Part shown: positions 1 through 8,762 of the stretch, in pieces
Position numbering within the stretch: position 1 is the first letter of the stretch
Layout of the letters: each line of letters starts with the position of its first letter
NCBI GenBank assembly: GCA_049275795.1
Contig: JBASVF010000200.1
Coordinates: forward strand, 1 to 45,757
Reading direction: 5' to 3'
Source of the DNA: Desulfomonilia bacterium
GTDB lineage: Bacteria; Desulfobacterota; Desulfomonilia; UBA1062
DNA: 45,757 nt
Position numbers and translations under genes: made by a program
Notes under the pieces: generated by a model
Database searches by the model: none
What the model saw: the letters and a program-made list of their open reading frames with translations, nothing else
What the model was told of the DNA's origin: nothing

Positions 1-54
1 GTCGAGAACATCAGGAACATGCTACCCGAAGAGCTGAGGGAAATCTGGCACTGA
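1..54 (+). CDS. 3-prime end of an unidentified CDS entering from upstream of the window
   Basis: Frame 1 is open from base 1 to the TGA at 52-54 (..VENIRNMLPEELREIWH*). Only 17 codons are visible, so no family can be assigned. Confidence 0.25.
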   Translation, partial: VENIRNMLPEELREIWH

Positions 55-171
55 AGCCCCGTTCCACGGGCAGGATCCTGCCGGTGCCGGGAGCCTTTTC
101 CATGTCATGGTCCCGGAGGAACGCCCCCTGGCCACCGGCAAGGTCCGGCCTCGCGAAAAGCCCGGGCGCTT

Positions 172-204
172 AAAAAACCTTCCGGCATGAGCCGCTGCGG
201 GAAG
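172..204 (-). terminator. putative intrinsic terminator after the 228..902 membrane-protein gene
   Basis: Minus-strand hairpin in which 197-204 pairs with 179-186 (CTTCCCGC / GCCGGAAG, one mismatch, 10-nt loop). It is followed on the minus strand by a T6 run (A-run 172-177 on +). Confidence 0.4.
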
Positions 205-227
205 CTCTCCCGGCAGGCGCCCCCGGA

Positions 228-902
228 TCACCCGTGGAACATGTTCACGAGCCTTCCCGCCACGGCCGTCCCGCTCAGGAGGTCGGATACCCCCACTGCG
301 AGAATGGCGACCAGGCTCACCAGCACCGGGCTTACCCCCGAGAGCCCGAGAATCCCCAGCACCACCGCGCCGATGCCGATGAGTGCACGCAAGCCCGCGG
401 CAGCGGCTATTGCCTGGCGGGCCACCTGCCGGGCAAACCTGTCGGGCTCGGCCCTCTCTATGACGAGCATGCTTATCCTGGCGGATATGCCGCTTCCCAT
501 GATCAGGGCGCTGCCCAGCACAACGGCCGCTGCAGGCGGCAGGACCAGGGGATGAATGCCCAGGAGCGCCAGCACGCCCAGGACGATGCCCGTGACACCC
601 CCGAGGAACTCCGCAGTCATGCCGCCCAGCTCCTGGCTCCAGGCCCTCCCCTGGAACGTCTCTTCGAGCATGGCCGAGAGCCGGCCGGCGATCGTCCCTC
701 CCTGCAGCATCAGGCCTGAGCCCGCCGCGATGGTGGCCACGGCGAGCAGGATCCCGGGCGCCACCCCGGTAAGCGCGACCACGGCGATGGTGGCCGCCGA
801 GGCCCCGACTATTCCTTCCGCAACGGAGCTCATTCCCATGCTCCGATACGCACCCGGTTCACGGGCCCCAGTGGTTCCAGCCTCATCCGGCATGCTGTCC
901 AC
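228..902 (-). CDS. Gly/Ala-rich polytopic membrane protein with three internal repeats, unknown family
   Basis: 224-aa ORF with about six hydrophobic helices. Three repeat units each end in a G-x-x-[AS]-[GA]-R-[LI] element (GGTIAGRLSAMLE, GSGISARISMLVIE, SGTAVAGRLVNMF). High GC3 coding pattern. The start could also be the internal MGMSS. Confidence 0.6.
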   Translation of the reverse strand: MDSMPDEAGTTGAREPGAYRSMGMSSVAEGIVGASAATIAVVALTGVAPGILLAVATIAAGSGLMLQGGTIAGRLSAMLEETFQGRAWSQELGGMTAEFLGGVTGIVLGVLALLGIHPLVLPPAAAVVLGSALIMGSGISARISMLVIERAEPDRFARQVARQAIAAAAGLRALIGIGAVVLGILGLSGVSPVLVSLVAILAVGVSDLLSGTAVAGRLVNMFHG

Positions 903-1293
903 CTTTCCCCCAACCGGCGCCCCTTGCCAAAACCCGCAGGCGGGGATGTACCGTTCGTATTGCCGGGTTCATGATCCCGGTTTCATGCCAAAACCGGCGG
1001 GATGGCGGCACTACGCAATGAATGGCCTGCCCGCCGGTCAGAGATCCATGGGTGTGGAAGCGGATATCCAGGAAGGTTAAAGTCATATGGCCTCACGAAC
1101 GCCATATCCCGGCAGGACGGCCCTTGTGCTCCTGCGGCGCGTGGGCATGCCCAAGGCTGCTTTCCGCACGAGCGTGAATGTGATGAGACCGCGGGGTCGA
1201 AGTCGAGCCTTCCATGCCCCGGCCCGTTCATGGCACCTCCCCTCGCACCCGTGCTCCTTGAATATATATAGGGTATGCGGCCTCGGCACGATC

Positions 1294-2124
1294 TCAACCA
1301 GGCCCTTGAAGAACCGGTGCCCTTACCTGGTGGATACTCACCCCGTAGAGAGGGCTCGCATGCTCGATGCTCAGGGCCAGCCCCGCCCAGTTCAGGCCCA
1401 TTGCCACCTCTCTGCCGAAGAACACCCTGGCGCGCTCCATGCCCGGCCCTCCGGGGAAGAGTGAGAAGCCCAGGCCCAGCCGGGGGCTCCTGATCTCGGT
1501 GTTAAAACCCGACTCCATCCATGCAGGGATCCGTGGACCTTCGAGCCGCACGCCCCCGGCCGTCACCTGGTCGAATGGCTCGCCTTCCACCTCGTTGAGC
1601 ATGATGAGCCTGCCTCTCCTGCAGATCCCGTCACCGTTCGCCCGGATATAAACCTTCGATCCACGGCAAAAGAACGACACCTTCAAGCTGCCGATCCCCC
1701 TGACCGGCAGCATCCTGCCCTCAAGGGACATGAGCCCGAGAACACGGTCCCGGAGTCTGAGCAGAGGCGCCTGGAAGATTGTATGTTTCATGAAGAGATC
1801 GACCAGCAGCTCGGAGATGCGGGTGAGGCCGGCCGGGGCCCTTTTCCCGGCCAGGTGCCAGAAGAGACGCCGGTCCAGGGAGAAGACCATATCGATCCGG
1901 TCCTCGCCCGGGTGCTCCAGTGATTCCAAGGTGGGAAAGAAGGTCCCGTCTTCCGACTTGAACACCGGCGCCCCGAAGCCGGCGGACTCACCGCAACACA
2001 CCCTTCCCTCAAGGCACAAGTACAGGCCCTTTCCCATCCCTGCCGTCTTGCCCTGCCCAGCCCCGGGGACGTGCACCAGGGAGACCCGGTCCGATATTCG
2101 GATTTCATGGCTGAAGGCCTGCAT
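1294..2124 (-). CDS. hypothetical protein (276 aa), no recognisable family, operonic with the radical SAM gene
   Basis: Long ORF with non-junk composition. Its start lies 6 nt downstream of the stop of the radical SAM gene (2131) on the same strand. I recognise no motifs. Confidence 0.55.
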   Translation of the reverse strand: MQAFSHEIRISDRVSLVHVPGAGQGKTAGMGKGLYLCLEGRVCCGESAGFGAPVFKSEDGTFFPTLESLEHPGEDRIDMVFSLDRRLFWHLAGKRAPAGLTRISELLVDLFMKHTIFQAPLLRLRDRVLGLMSLEGRMLPVRGIGSLKVSFFCRGSKVYIRANGDGICRRGRLIMLNEVEGEPFDQVTAGGVRLEGPRIPAWMESGFNTEIRSPRLGLGFSLFPGGPGMERARVFFGREVAMGLNWAGLALSIEHASPLYGVSIHQVRAPVLQGPG

Positions 2125-2130
2125 GGGGCC

Positions 2131-3438
2131 TCACCCGCTCATTTGCCTCTTCCTGGCCCGGAACCGCTCGAGGGTGTCGTGGATGCGGCCCTGCAGGTAT
2201 TCTTCCGGGAACTCGGAGCAATAGATCACCCGGTTTTCGTTCTCGTAGGTCCAGTCGACATCGGGCCGCACGCCTTGAACCCGCTCGAAGAGCCTTGTGC
2301 CGGGAAGCGGCACCGGTACCGTGAAGGAGATGTCATCCAACGGGAGGCTCAGCGCCCACCGGAGCGTGGTCTCGATGGTCTCGCGGGTCTCTCCCGGGTA
2401 CCCGATCATGAAGAACCCGGCTGTCTCGATGCCTTCACGGGCAAAGAGCTCCACGGTCCTTGCGGCCTCTGCCGCTGTGATGCGCTTGTTCATGAGCCCG
2501 AGCACCTCGTCACTGCCCGACTCCAGCCCGAAGTAAACCCTCCGGCATCCGGCCCGCTTCATGAGCTGGATGTCCTTTGCCAGCATCTCCTGCGCCCGAG
2601 AGAGGCAGGTCCAGGTCATTTCGAGGCCCTCCCGCTCGAGAAGCCGGCAGAATCGCCTCACGTGCGGCGGGCTCAGGGTGAAGCAGTCATCCGCGACCCA
2701 CAGGCCGTCGTAGCCCTTGGACCTGATGGCCCGGATCTCCCGCAGGATACTGCCCATGCTCCGTGCCCGGAACCGGCTGCCGAAGATGGGCTTCGAGCAG
2801 AACTCGCAATCATAGGGGCAGCCGTAGGTGGTCATGATGCACGCGGGTGAGTAATCCGAGCGATCCTTCCAGAACCGCTGGTACCGGCTGTGATCGAAAT
2901 CCTTGAGGTCGGGTGCGGGCAGACTGTCGAGAAAGTCTTTCCCGCTCGGCGCGGGCGGCGTCCAGGCCGATTGATCGCGGCCGGCATGGGAGATGCCGGG
3001 GTACCTGCCTGGATGTGCAAGCACATCCCGGAGGCTTCCAGATTCCAGGAGATCATGGCAGAACCGCGGAAACGAGGCCAGGGCTTCGCCTCGGAACACG
3101 AGGTCGAAGTCGGCCAGGAACTGTCTGGGACGGACCGCGGGCATGGGGCCGCCACACGCCAGCACGGCATTGGGCATGCTGCGCCGGAGACGCCGGGCAA
3201 GGGTGCGGGCGTTGTCCACCATGGTCATCGCTGCATATATGCCCACGATTTTCGGCCTCGAGCTCTCCAGGTCGCGTAGGGCATCCTCGAGGTTCCGGAA
3301 GGTCAGATCAATAACCGACACCTCCAGCCCCGCCGAACGCAGGAGCGTGCCGAGCTGGGCAATGCCGGCCGGGTAGAAGAGCAGGGCATTTGCTGCGTGC
3401 CGGTATACATAGGGATAGACCAGGGCGACATCGGACAT
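2131..3438 (-). CDS. cobalamin-binding-domain (class B) radical SAM enzyme
   Basis: 435-aa ORF. The N-terminal Rossmann-like B12-binding-type segment reads MSDVALVYPYVY..VSVIDLTF..IVGIYAAMT. It is followed by the canonical radical SAM triad CPYDCEFC and a TIM-barrel-like region (VYFGLESGSDEVL, GFFMIGYPGET). Confidence 0.85.
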   Translation of the reverse strand: MSDVALVYPYVYRHAANALLFYPAGIAQLGTLLRSAGLEVSVIDLTFRNLEDALRDLESSRPKIVGIYAAMTMVDNARTLARRLRRSMPNAVLACGGPMPAVRPRQFLADFDLVFRGEALASFPRFCHDLLESGSLRDVLAHPGRYPGISHAGRDQSAWTPPAPSGKDFLDSLPAPDLKDFDHSRYQRFWKDRSDYSPACIMTTYGCPYDCEFCSKPIFGSRFRARSMGSILREIRAIRSKGYDGLWVADDCFTLSPPHVRRFCRLLEREGLEMTWTCLSRAQEMLAKDIQLMKRAGCRRVYFGLESGSDEVLGLMNKRITAAEAARTVELFAREGIETAGFFMIGYPGETRETIETTLRWALSLPLDDISFTVPVPLPGTRLFERVQGVRPDVDWTYENENRVIYCSEFPEEYLQGRIHDTLERFRARKRQMSG

Positions 3439-3682
3439 CCTTCATCGCTTTCCAGCCCCTTTCCCGATAAACACCTGTACCTCACGAAGGATTCGAGACC
3501 TTCCCATGGGTGGATACCCCAGGAGCTGCAATGAAGGACATAATGTGCCCGGAGGCGGGGCTTATCAACTCCGGTTCGGCACCCTTCGCGCATTGGAGAC
3601 ACCCTTTTTTCTTCCCTCCGGGTTTTTCTGTTGTTTTTGTCATTGTACCAGAGTTAGCATAATCGCTTTAGGAGACCGGCAC

Positions 3683-4429
3683 ATGGATATTCACAGCATC
3701 TTGATCGTGGCATTGCTCCTGTACATCGCCGGGAGCCTGGCATATTTCACCCCCTGGCCGCGGGCCGGGGCGGTTCTCGTTCCGCTCGGCATCGTGCTCA
3801 ACGCGGCGGGCCTGTTTTTCAGGGGCCGGTTCGAGGGTGAGTGGTTCCCCGCCCTGTGGGTCGACGGTCCCTTGATCATACCCATCTTCCTGGCGCTCAT
3901 CAGCCTGAGCTTCTTTCGCTCCGGGGCCAGGGTCCCTGGCAGGGTGGCCGCCGCAGCCCTGGTGCTCTGCTCTCTCGCGGCCTTTATTCCCGCCCCGGCG
4001 CCTGCATTCCCCTCGGCCAAGACAGGGGTGGCGCTCGCCCCGATCTTCTTTCTCGTCGAGACTTCCGGGATCGCCTTCTTCATCACGGGCGGCTTCCTGG
4101 CCCTGGCCGCCCTCCTGCTTCGCCTCGACACCCAGGAGGCCGTCAGGCGGTGCGTGCTGTGGGGGTTCATCCTGTTTACCACAGCCCAGGTGCTCGGAGC
4201 GGTATGGTCTTTCGTGGGGTGGTCCTTCCCGTTTTCCTGGAGCCCGCGGCACCTGGCCAGCGCGTGCCTGTGGTGCCTCTATGCTGCGCTGCTGCACGCG
4301 GGCAGCACCCGCATATCATTCCGAGCGACGGCCGCGCTGATTGCAATGGGCCTCGTGCCCGTGCCCTTCATTCTCTACACCCACCAGGTCCAGCACCTGT
4401 TCATCAAGTTGACCGGGGTGTTCTCGTGA
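3683..4429 (+). CDS. CcsA/ResC-like heme-handling (cytochrome c assembly family) membrane protein, divergent
   Basis: I take the ATG at 3683 (MDIHSILIV..), preceded by GGAGA, as the start rather than the ORF-track 3506. The protein is polytopic with a Trp-rich segment GAVWSFVGWSFPFSWSPRHLASACLWCLYAALLH. This resembles the WWD motif plus distal His of CcsA/CcmC/CcmF, but the WDPKE part is degenerate. Confidence 0.6.
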   Translation: MDIHSILIVALLLYIAGSLAYFTPWPRAGAVLVPLGIVLNAAGLFFRGRFEGEWFPALWVDGPLIIPIFLALISLSFFRSGARVPGRVAAAALVLCSLAAFIPAPAPAFPSAKTGVALAPIFFLVETSGIAFFITGGFLALAALLLRLDTQEAVRRCVLWGFILFTTAQVLGAVWSFVGWSFPFSWSPRHLASACLWCLYAALLHAGSTRISFRATAALIAMGLVPVPFILYTHQVQHLFIKLTGVFS

Positions 4430-5187
4430 GGCGGCTCTGGCGGTTCCTCTCGCGGATGGACCTGGGGTTCTGGCTGCTGGTGCTCGCCTCGGCGAACCTC
4501 TTTGCCGGAGCGGTGGTCACCTCGGTTAACGAGCTGCTCTTCAAGGAGCTCGATTTCATGACCCTGCCGGCCTGGCTCGCTCCGGTGTGGTCTCGGCCCG
4601 GACTCTACGTGTGGATGTTCACGCTCTTCTGCCTTCTGCTCATTCTGGCCGTCAACACCATCCTGTGCACTGCCAGCTACGCGGCAGCGGCGATCAGGCT
4701 GGGCTGCCTGAAGAAGAAGCTCGGCATCGTGTTGTTTCACCTCGCATTTGTCATGGCCCTGGGCGGTCATTGCCTGAGCGTGTTCACCGTGTCCAGCGAC
4801 CGGCTCATCATCGAGACCGGGACAGTGACCCCGGCAAAGGGGGCCGGGCTTACCATCGAGACCGTGGAGGTCCGGAAGGTATCTCCCTCCCCGGATAACT
4901 CCAGTCCGCCCCTGGGCATCGAGGCGAGGCTGAAGGCCCTGCCCTTTGAGGGCCAAGCGGTGGAACTGGACATCGCGACCATGAAGCCCCGGCTCGTCTC
5001 GGGCTGCTCCCTGCACCTCTCCTTCATGGACAAGGGGCTCTCTGCAAACCAGGCGCGGCTCGTCGTGCGCAGGGACCACGGAATCGTGCTGGTCTGCCTC
5101 GCAGGCCTCACCGCCTGCGCGGCAATGGTGCTATACCTGATCTTCAGCCTGCCGGCACGCCAGGGCTCCAGGAAGGAGCCCTCCTGA
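4426..5187 (+). CDS. short ResB/CcsB-like membrane protein
   Basis: The GTG at 4426 overlaps the upstream TGA (GTGA); an alternative ATG lies at 4456. The N-terminus RRLWRFLSRMDLGFWLLVLASANLFAGAVV and the segments VWMFTLFCLLLILAVNTILCT and LFHLAFVMALGGH follow the ResB N-terminal pattern. It is only about 253 aa. The upstream part of ORF 3841..5187 is out-of-frame overlap with the preceding gene. Confidence 0.55.
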   Translation: MRRLWRFLSRMDLGFWLLVLASANLFAGAVVTSVNELLFKELDFMTLPAWLAPVWSRPGLYVWMFTLFCLLLILAVNTILCTASYAAAAIRLGCLKKKLGIVLFHLAFVMALGGHCLSVFTVSSDRLIIETGTVTPAKGAGLTIETVEVRKVSPSPDNSSPPLGIEARLKALPFEGQAVELDIATMKPRLVSGCSLHLSFMDKGLSANQARLVVRRDHGIVLVCLAGLTACAAMVLYLIFSLPARQGSRKEPS

Positions 5188-5287
5188 TCGTTCCCGTTGG
5201 TCGAAACTGACACTGCAGTGGAAGACCCCATGCCCCCAAGAGTGCAGGAACAGGACCCAGTCCCCGTCGCGTTGCCGGGGACCGGCC

Positions 5288-6436
5288 TCAGGCAATGCTG
5301 GAGACGGCCCTGAGTCTGCCGATGGTGTCCGCAAGGACCCGGGCCGTGAATTCGAGGTCTTCCCGGGTTGTGCCGCCGCCCAGGGAAAACCGGATGGTGG
5401 ACTGGGCCTCCTGGGGCTCGATCCCCATGGCGCGCATCACGTGCGAGGGCTCGGCCGAGCCCGTGGCGCACGCAGAGCCGGTGGACGCACAGATCCCTCT
5501 GAGGTCCAGGTGCAGGAGAATGGATTCCCCGTCCACGGCTGCAAAGCTCATGCTCGTGGTGTTGGGGACGCGGGGAGCCCCCTGCCCGTTGATCTCCACT
5601 CCCTCGATGAGGCCCAGCACCTGCTGCTCGAAGAAATCACGCAGCTCGCTCAGGCGCCGGGCGTTTTCCTCGAGACCGGCCTGGGCGAGCACGGCCGCAC
5701 GGGCAAAGCCCGCGGCTGCGGCCACGTTTTCGGTTCCCGCGCGCATGCCGCGCTCCTGGGATCCGCCGGTAACGACCGGGGCGATCGGGGTGCCCTTCCT
5801 GACGTACAGGGCGCCGATCCCCTTGGGGCCGTAGATCTTGTGGGCCGAGAGGGACACGAGGTCCGCACAGGCATTCTCGACGTTAAAGGGGACCTTGCCC
5901 AGGGCCTGGACCGCGTCGACATGAAACGGGATCCCTTGCTGGCGGGCGATCTTGCCGATCTCGGAAGTACGCTGGATGACGCCCGTCTCGTTGTTGGCGG
6001 CCATGACGCTTATGAGCACGGTCCTGGGCGTGATGCTCCGGCCCACCTCGTCCGGGTCGACCAGGCCGTTCGAGTCGACCGGCACCAGGGTAACCTCCAC
6101 ACCCTGCTCATTGAGGTCCTCACAGGTTTTCAAAACCGCGTGGTGCTCGACGGCCGAGGTGACGATGTGGCACGCGCCGCCCCGGCGGGCCCGGCACACG
6201 CCTCTGAGGGCCAGGTTGTCGGCCTCTGTGCCCGAGCCCGTGAACACGATCTCCTGCGCGGAGGCGCCGATGCACGCGGCCACGGCAGCCCTGGCCTCGG
6301 CGAGCGCCGCCCTGGCGTCGCGTCCCGCCCGGTAAAAGCTCGACGCGTTGCCGAAATTTTCCCCAAAGAAGGGGAGCATGGCCTCGAGGACCTGTGGCGA
6401 TACCGGCGTGGTGGCGTTGTGGTCAAGATAGATCAT
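5288..6436 (-). CDS. nifS: cysteine desulfurase, NifS/IscS class
   Basis: MIYLDHNATTPV start, PLP-lysine motif SLSAHKIYGPKG, and active-site Cys loop CASTGSACATGS. The start at 6436 overlaps the end of nifU by 14 nt. The ORF-track start at 6454 adds 6 unlikely codons. Confidence 0.93.
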   Translation of the reverse strand: MIYLDHNATTPVSPQVLEAMLPFFGENFGNASSFYRAGRDARAALAEARAAVAACIGASAQEIVFTGSGTEADNLALRGVCRARRGGACHIVTSAVEHHAVLKTCEDLNEQGVEVTLVPVDSNGLVDPDEVGRSITPRTVLISVMAANNETGVIQRTSEIGKIARQQGIPFHVDAVQALGKVPFNVENACADLVSLSAHKIYGPKGIGALYVRKGTPIAPVVTGGSQERGMRAGTENVAAAAGFARAAVLAQAGLEENARRLSELRDFFEQQVLGLIEGVEINGQGAPRVPNTTSMSFAAVDGESILLHLDLRGICASTGSACATGSAEPSHVMRAMGIEPQEAQSTIRFSLGGGTTREDLEFTARVLADTIGRLRAVSSIA

Positions 6437-6917
6437 GGCCGTCGTCATCCTCAACGCCCATACCGCCCAGCAGGCAGTCGTTGATGGCCTTCTGGAGGGC
6501 CGCGATCCCCAGCAGCGAGCAGTGCTTCTTTTCTTCCGGGATGCCTCCCAGGGCCCTGATGACGTCGTCGTCCGTGAGCTCGGCCGCCTCCTTAAGGGTC
6601 ATGCCGAGGGCCAGGCTGGTGGCCATGCTGCTCGTGGCGATGGCGCCCGGGCACCCGAAGGACTTGAACCGGATGTCCGCGATCCTGCCCTCATCCACCC
6701 TGATCCAGAGCTTCATCTGGTCCCCGCAGCTGGGGTCGCCCACCAACGCGTATCCGCTCGCCTCGCCGGGAGCCATCTCACCCACGTTGCGCGGGTTGAG
6801 GAAGTGATCTATCACCGTGTCGTTGTAGAACAGCACCGGTCCGCCGTCTGCCTGTGCCTGGACGTTCTCTTTTGCTTCTGCGGCACTGACGGGTGCCTGA
6901 GTCTCTTGTTCGCTCAT
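6423..6917 (-). CDS. nifU: NifU/IscU-type Fe-S cluster scaffold protein
   Basis: YNDTVIDHFLNPRNVG followed by three scaffold cysteines (GDPSCGDQM, FKSFGCPGAIA, KKHCSLLG). An AGGA-type RBS lies before the ATG. Confidence 0.9.
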   Translation of the reverse strand: MSEQETQAPVSAAEAKENVQAQADGGPVLFYNDTVIDHFLNPRNVGEMAPGEASGYALVGDPSCGDQMKLWIRVDEGRIADIRFKSFGCPGAIATSSMATSLALGMTLKEAAELTDDDVIRALGGIPEEKKHCSLLGIAALQKAINDCLLGGMGVEDDDGHDLS

Positions 6918-7182
6918 GGTTTTCCTGTCCTTGTATGTCGTGGTTGCCGGTCCCGGCGCAGCCGGGATCCTTCATGGGTATGAGAATAGATCCACCGGCC
7001 CATGGTTTTCAACCACAAAATCAGCGCATTCTTCCAGGCACCTTCGCCTCTCCTGCGGAAGAGGACGCCCTGGTGACCGGGAATCTTCGGGTTTACATTT
7101 GATCTTTTGCCCGGGGTCCGTTACAAGAACAGGCTGGAGCTCACGAAAAAACATCAGTGATTCAGCCGGAAAGGAGTACACC

Positions 7183-7599
7183 ATGGCAAAGATGAACGAA
7201 AAGGTCAGGGCGCTCTTCGAAAGCCAGCCCATCGCGGTGCTGGCGACCTCTTCCGCAGACGGGACCCCCAACGCGGTCCCCATCGGCGCAAAGAAGGTCC
7301 TGGACAATGAGACCATCCTGATCTCGGACCAGCATTTCGGCAAGACCCTGGCCAACCTCAAGGCAAACCCGCAGGCATCCCTCGCCTTCTGGAACCCCGA
7401 GACCGGCGAGGCCTACCAGATCAAGGGCACGGTCACCATCGAGACCTCGGGCAAAATCTTCGAAGAGACCGCTGCCTGGATCGAGGAGATCGCCCGGATC
7501 AGGAAGATCCCCATGAAATCCAAGGGCGCCGTTGTCCTGAAGATCGACGCGGTCTTCACCAGCTCCCCGGGGCCCGACGCGGGCTCCAGGATCGACTGA
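7183..7599 (+). CDS. pyridoxamine 5-prime-phosphate oxidase-like FMN-binding split-barrel protein
   Basis: ATG at 7183 preceded by AAGGAG. MAKMNEKVRALFESQPIAVLATSSADGTPNAVPIG..LAFWNPETGEAYQIKGTV is typical of the PNPOx-like family. The upstream part of ORF 6916..7599 is non-coding-like. Confidence 0.8.
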   Translation: MAKMNEKVRALFESQPIAVLATSSADGTPNAVPIGAKKVLDNETILISDQHFGKTLANLKANPQASLAFWNPETGEAYQIKGTVTIETSGKIFEETAAWIEEIARIRKIPMKSKGAVVLKIDAVFTSSPGPDAGSRID

Positions 7600-7691
7600 G
7601 CCAGGAGGAACAAGGCTTTTGGCGGCCGGTGTCCCTTCGGGATGCCGGCCTTAACCCCGATACCGAGATATCGAGCGAGGAAGAGCCGTTC

Positions 7692-7946
7692 ATGGATTCC
7701 TGCCCTCACCGCCGTCTCCTGGTGCTGCCTCCCGAGCGGAGATCCCTGCGCTGCCAGCACTGCCACCTGAGGCTCAAGCCCGAAGAGCTCACAGGCGGCT
7801 GCTGCCCGGAGTGCCTGGAGACCTCAGGCGTCAGGAGACGCGATTTCGAGGAAATCGAGCCCGATGAGAGCGGCCCGGCCCGCTACCGCTGCGAGGACTG
7901 CGGTGCCCTCATCGAGTGGGACCGCCGGGCAGGAGGGAACACCTGA
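7692..7946 (+). CDS. small Cys-rich zinc-ribbon protein
   Basis: 84 aa counted from MDSCPH. It has paired Cys motifs CQHC, CCPEC and CEDC. The start is uncertain; the ORF opens at 7629. Confidence 0.45.
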   Translation: MDSCPHRRLLVLPPERRSLRCQHCHLRLKPEELTGGCCPECLETSGVRRRDFEEIEPDESGPARYRCEDCGALIEWDRRAGGNT

Positions 7947-8262
7947 GCCTCGTGCAATCCTGCCGAGCTTCACCGGCGACCCTCGACAGGAAGCATAGTG
8001 CAAAAGGATTCACCGGGCATGGGCCGCAGCCCTCGAGCGTCATCGGGTTCCGCCGGGGCGAATGAGCCGGTCGTGAGAACTCCGGTCCTGGGAATCGCTT
8101 CGCTAAAAAGAGCCTCGCTCCCGGACCGGTTACCGGTGGGTACCGGTTCCACGCATGCAGTGCGCACTCCCCGGCGTCCCTGTCAGACATCCCTGATTGA
8201 CTGCCCGGGAGACTCCCATGTGCTTCCCCGTGATTGCACCGCCCTCACGCAGGCAAACGCGA

Positions 8263-8516
8263 CGGGTATTCTGGGGCATCATGGAACAGGTGGTCATGGC
8301 CATCACGATACCCGCCATACCATGGGCGGCGTCATGATCAACGCCAGGGGTTAAGTCATCGAGATGGAATCCGACAAGCCGGTCCCAGGGCTCTATGCCG
8401 CGGGCGAGGCTGTCGGAAACCCCCACGGAGCCAGCCGCCTTGGCAGCTGTGCTATTCCCGACTGCCTGGTGTTCGGCCGTATCTGCGGGAAGACCGCCTC
8501 TAAGGAAAACGCCTAG
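8263..8516 (+). pseudogene. C-terminal remnant of an FAD-dependent fumarate-reductase/flavocytochrome-c-type flavoprotein
   Basis: ..HTMGGVMINARG*VIEMESDKPVPGLYAAGEAVGNPHGASRLGSCAIPDCLVFGRICGKTA matches the conserved C-terminal HTMGG...GLYAAGE...G.HG.NRLG...VFGR signature. An in-frame TAA sits at 8352-8354. At least one frameshift lies just upstream (VVMAITIPA is in another frame). There is no N-terminal FAD-binding part. Confidence 0.6.
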
Positions 8517-8762
8517 CAGCAAGCCTTACCTTCGTTTTTTAACCGCGGGTGGAGGCGTGAGGCTCTTGCCTCCCGTCTCCACCACTTCACCCGGGCGGTG
8601 TCGTACGCCCGGAGAAACCCGTGCCGATTCCCGTATGCCCTAAGGCAGATCAAGACATCCTCTAGTTTGCCAAAGGAAACCATCCCCTTGATTCGCCGGC
8701 GACCTGCAGTATTGTATACACTGTCTCCCAAGAGACCATTCCAACGATGAAAGGACCGCACC

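Noticed and set aside
883-1086. 67-aa minus-strand ORF between the radical-SAM partner gene and the membrane protein, as a possible RiPP precursor
   Set aside because: The RBS is weak. Third-position GC is visibly lower than in the neighbouring genes. The peptide shows no leader/core organisation, and the ORF overlaps the next gene's start.
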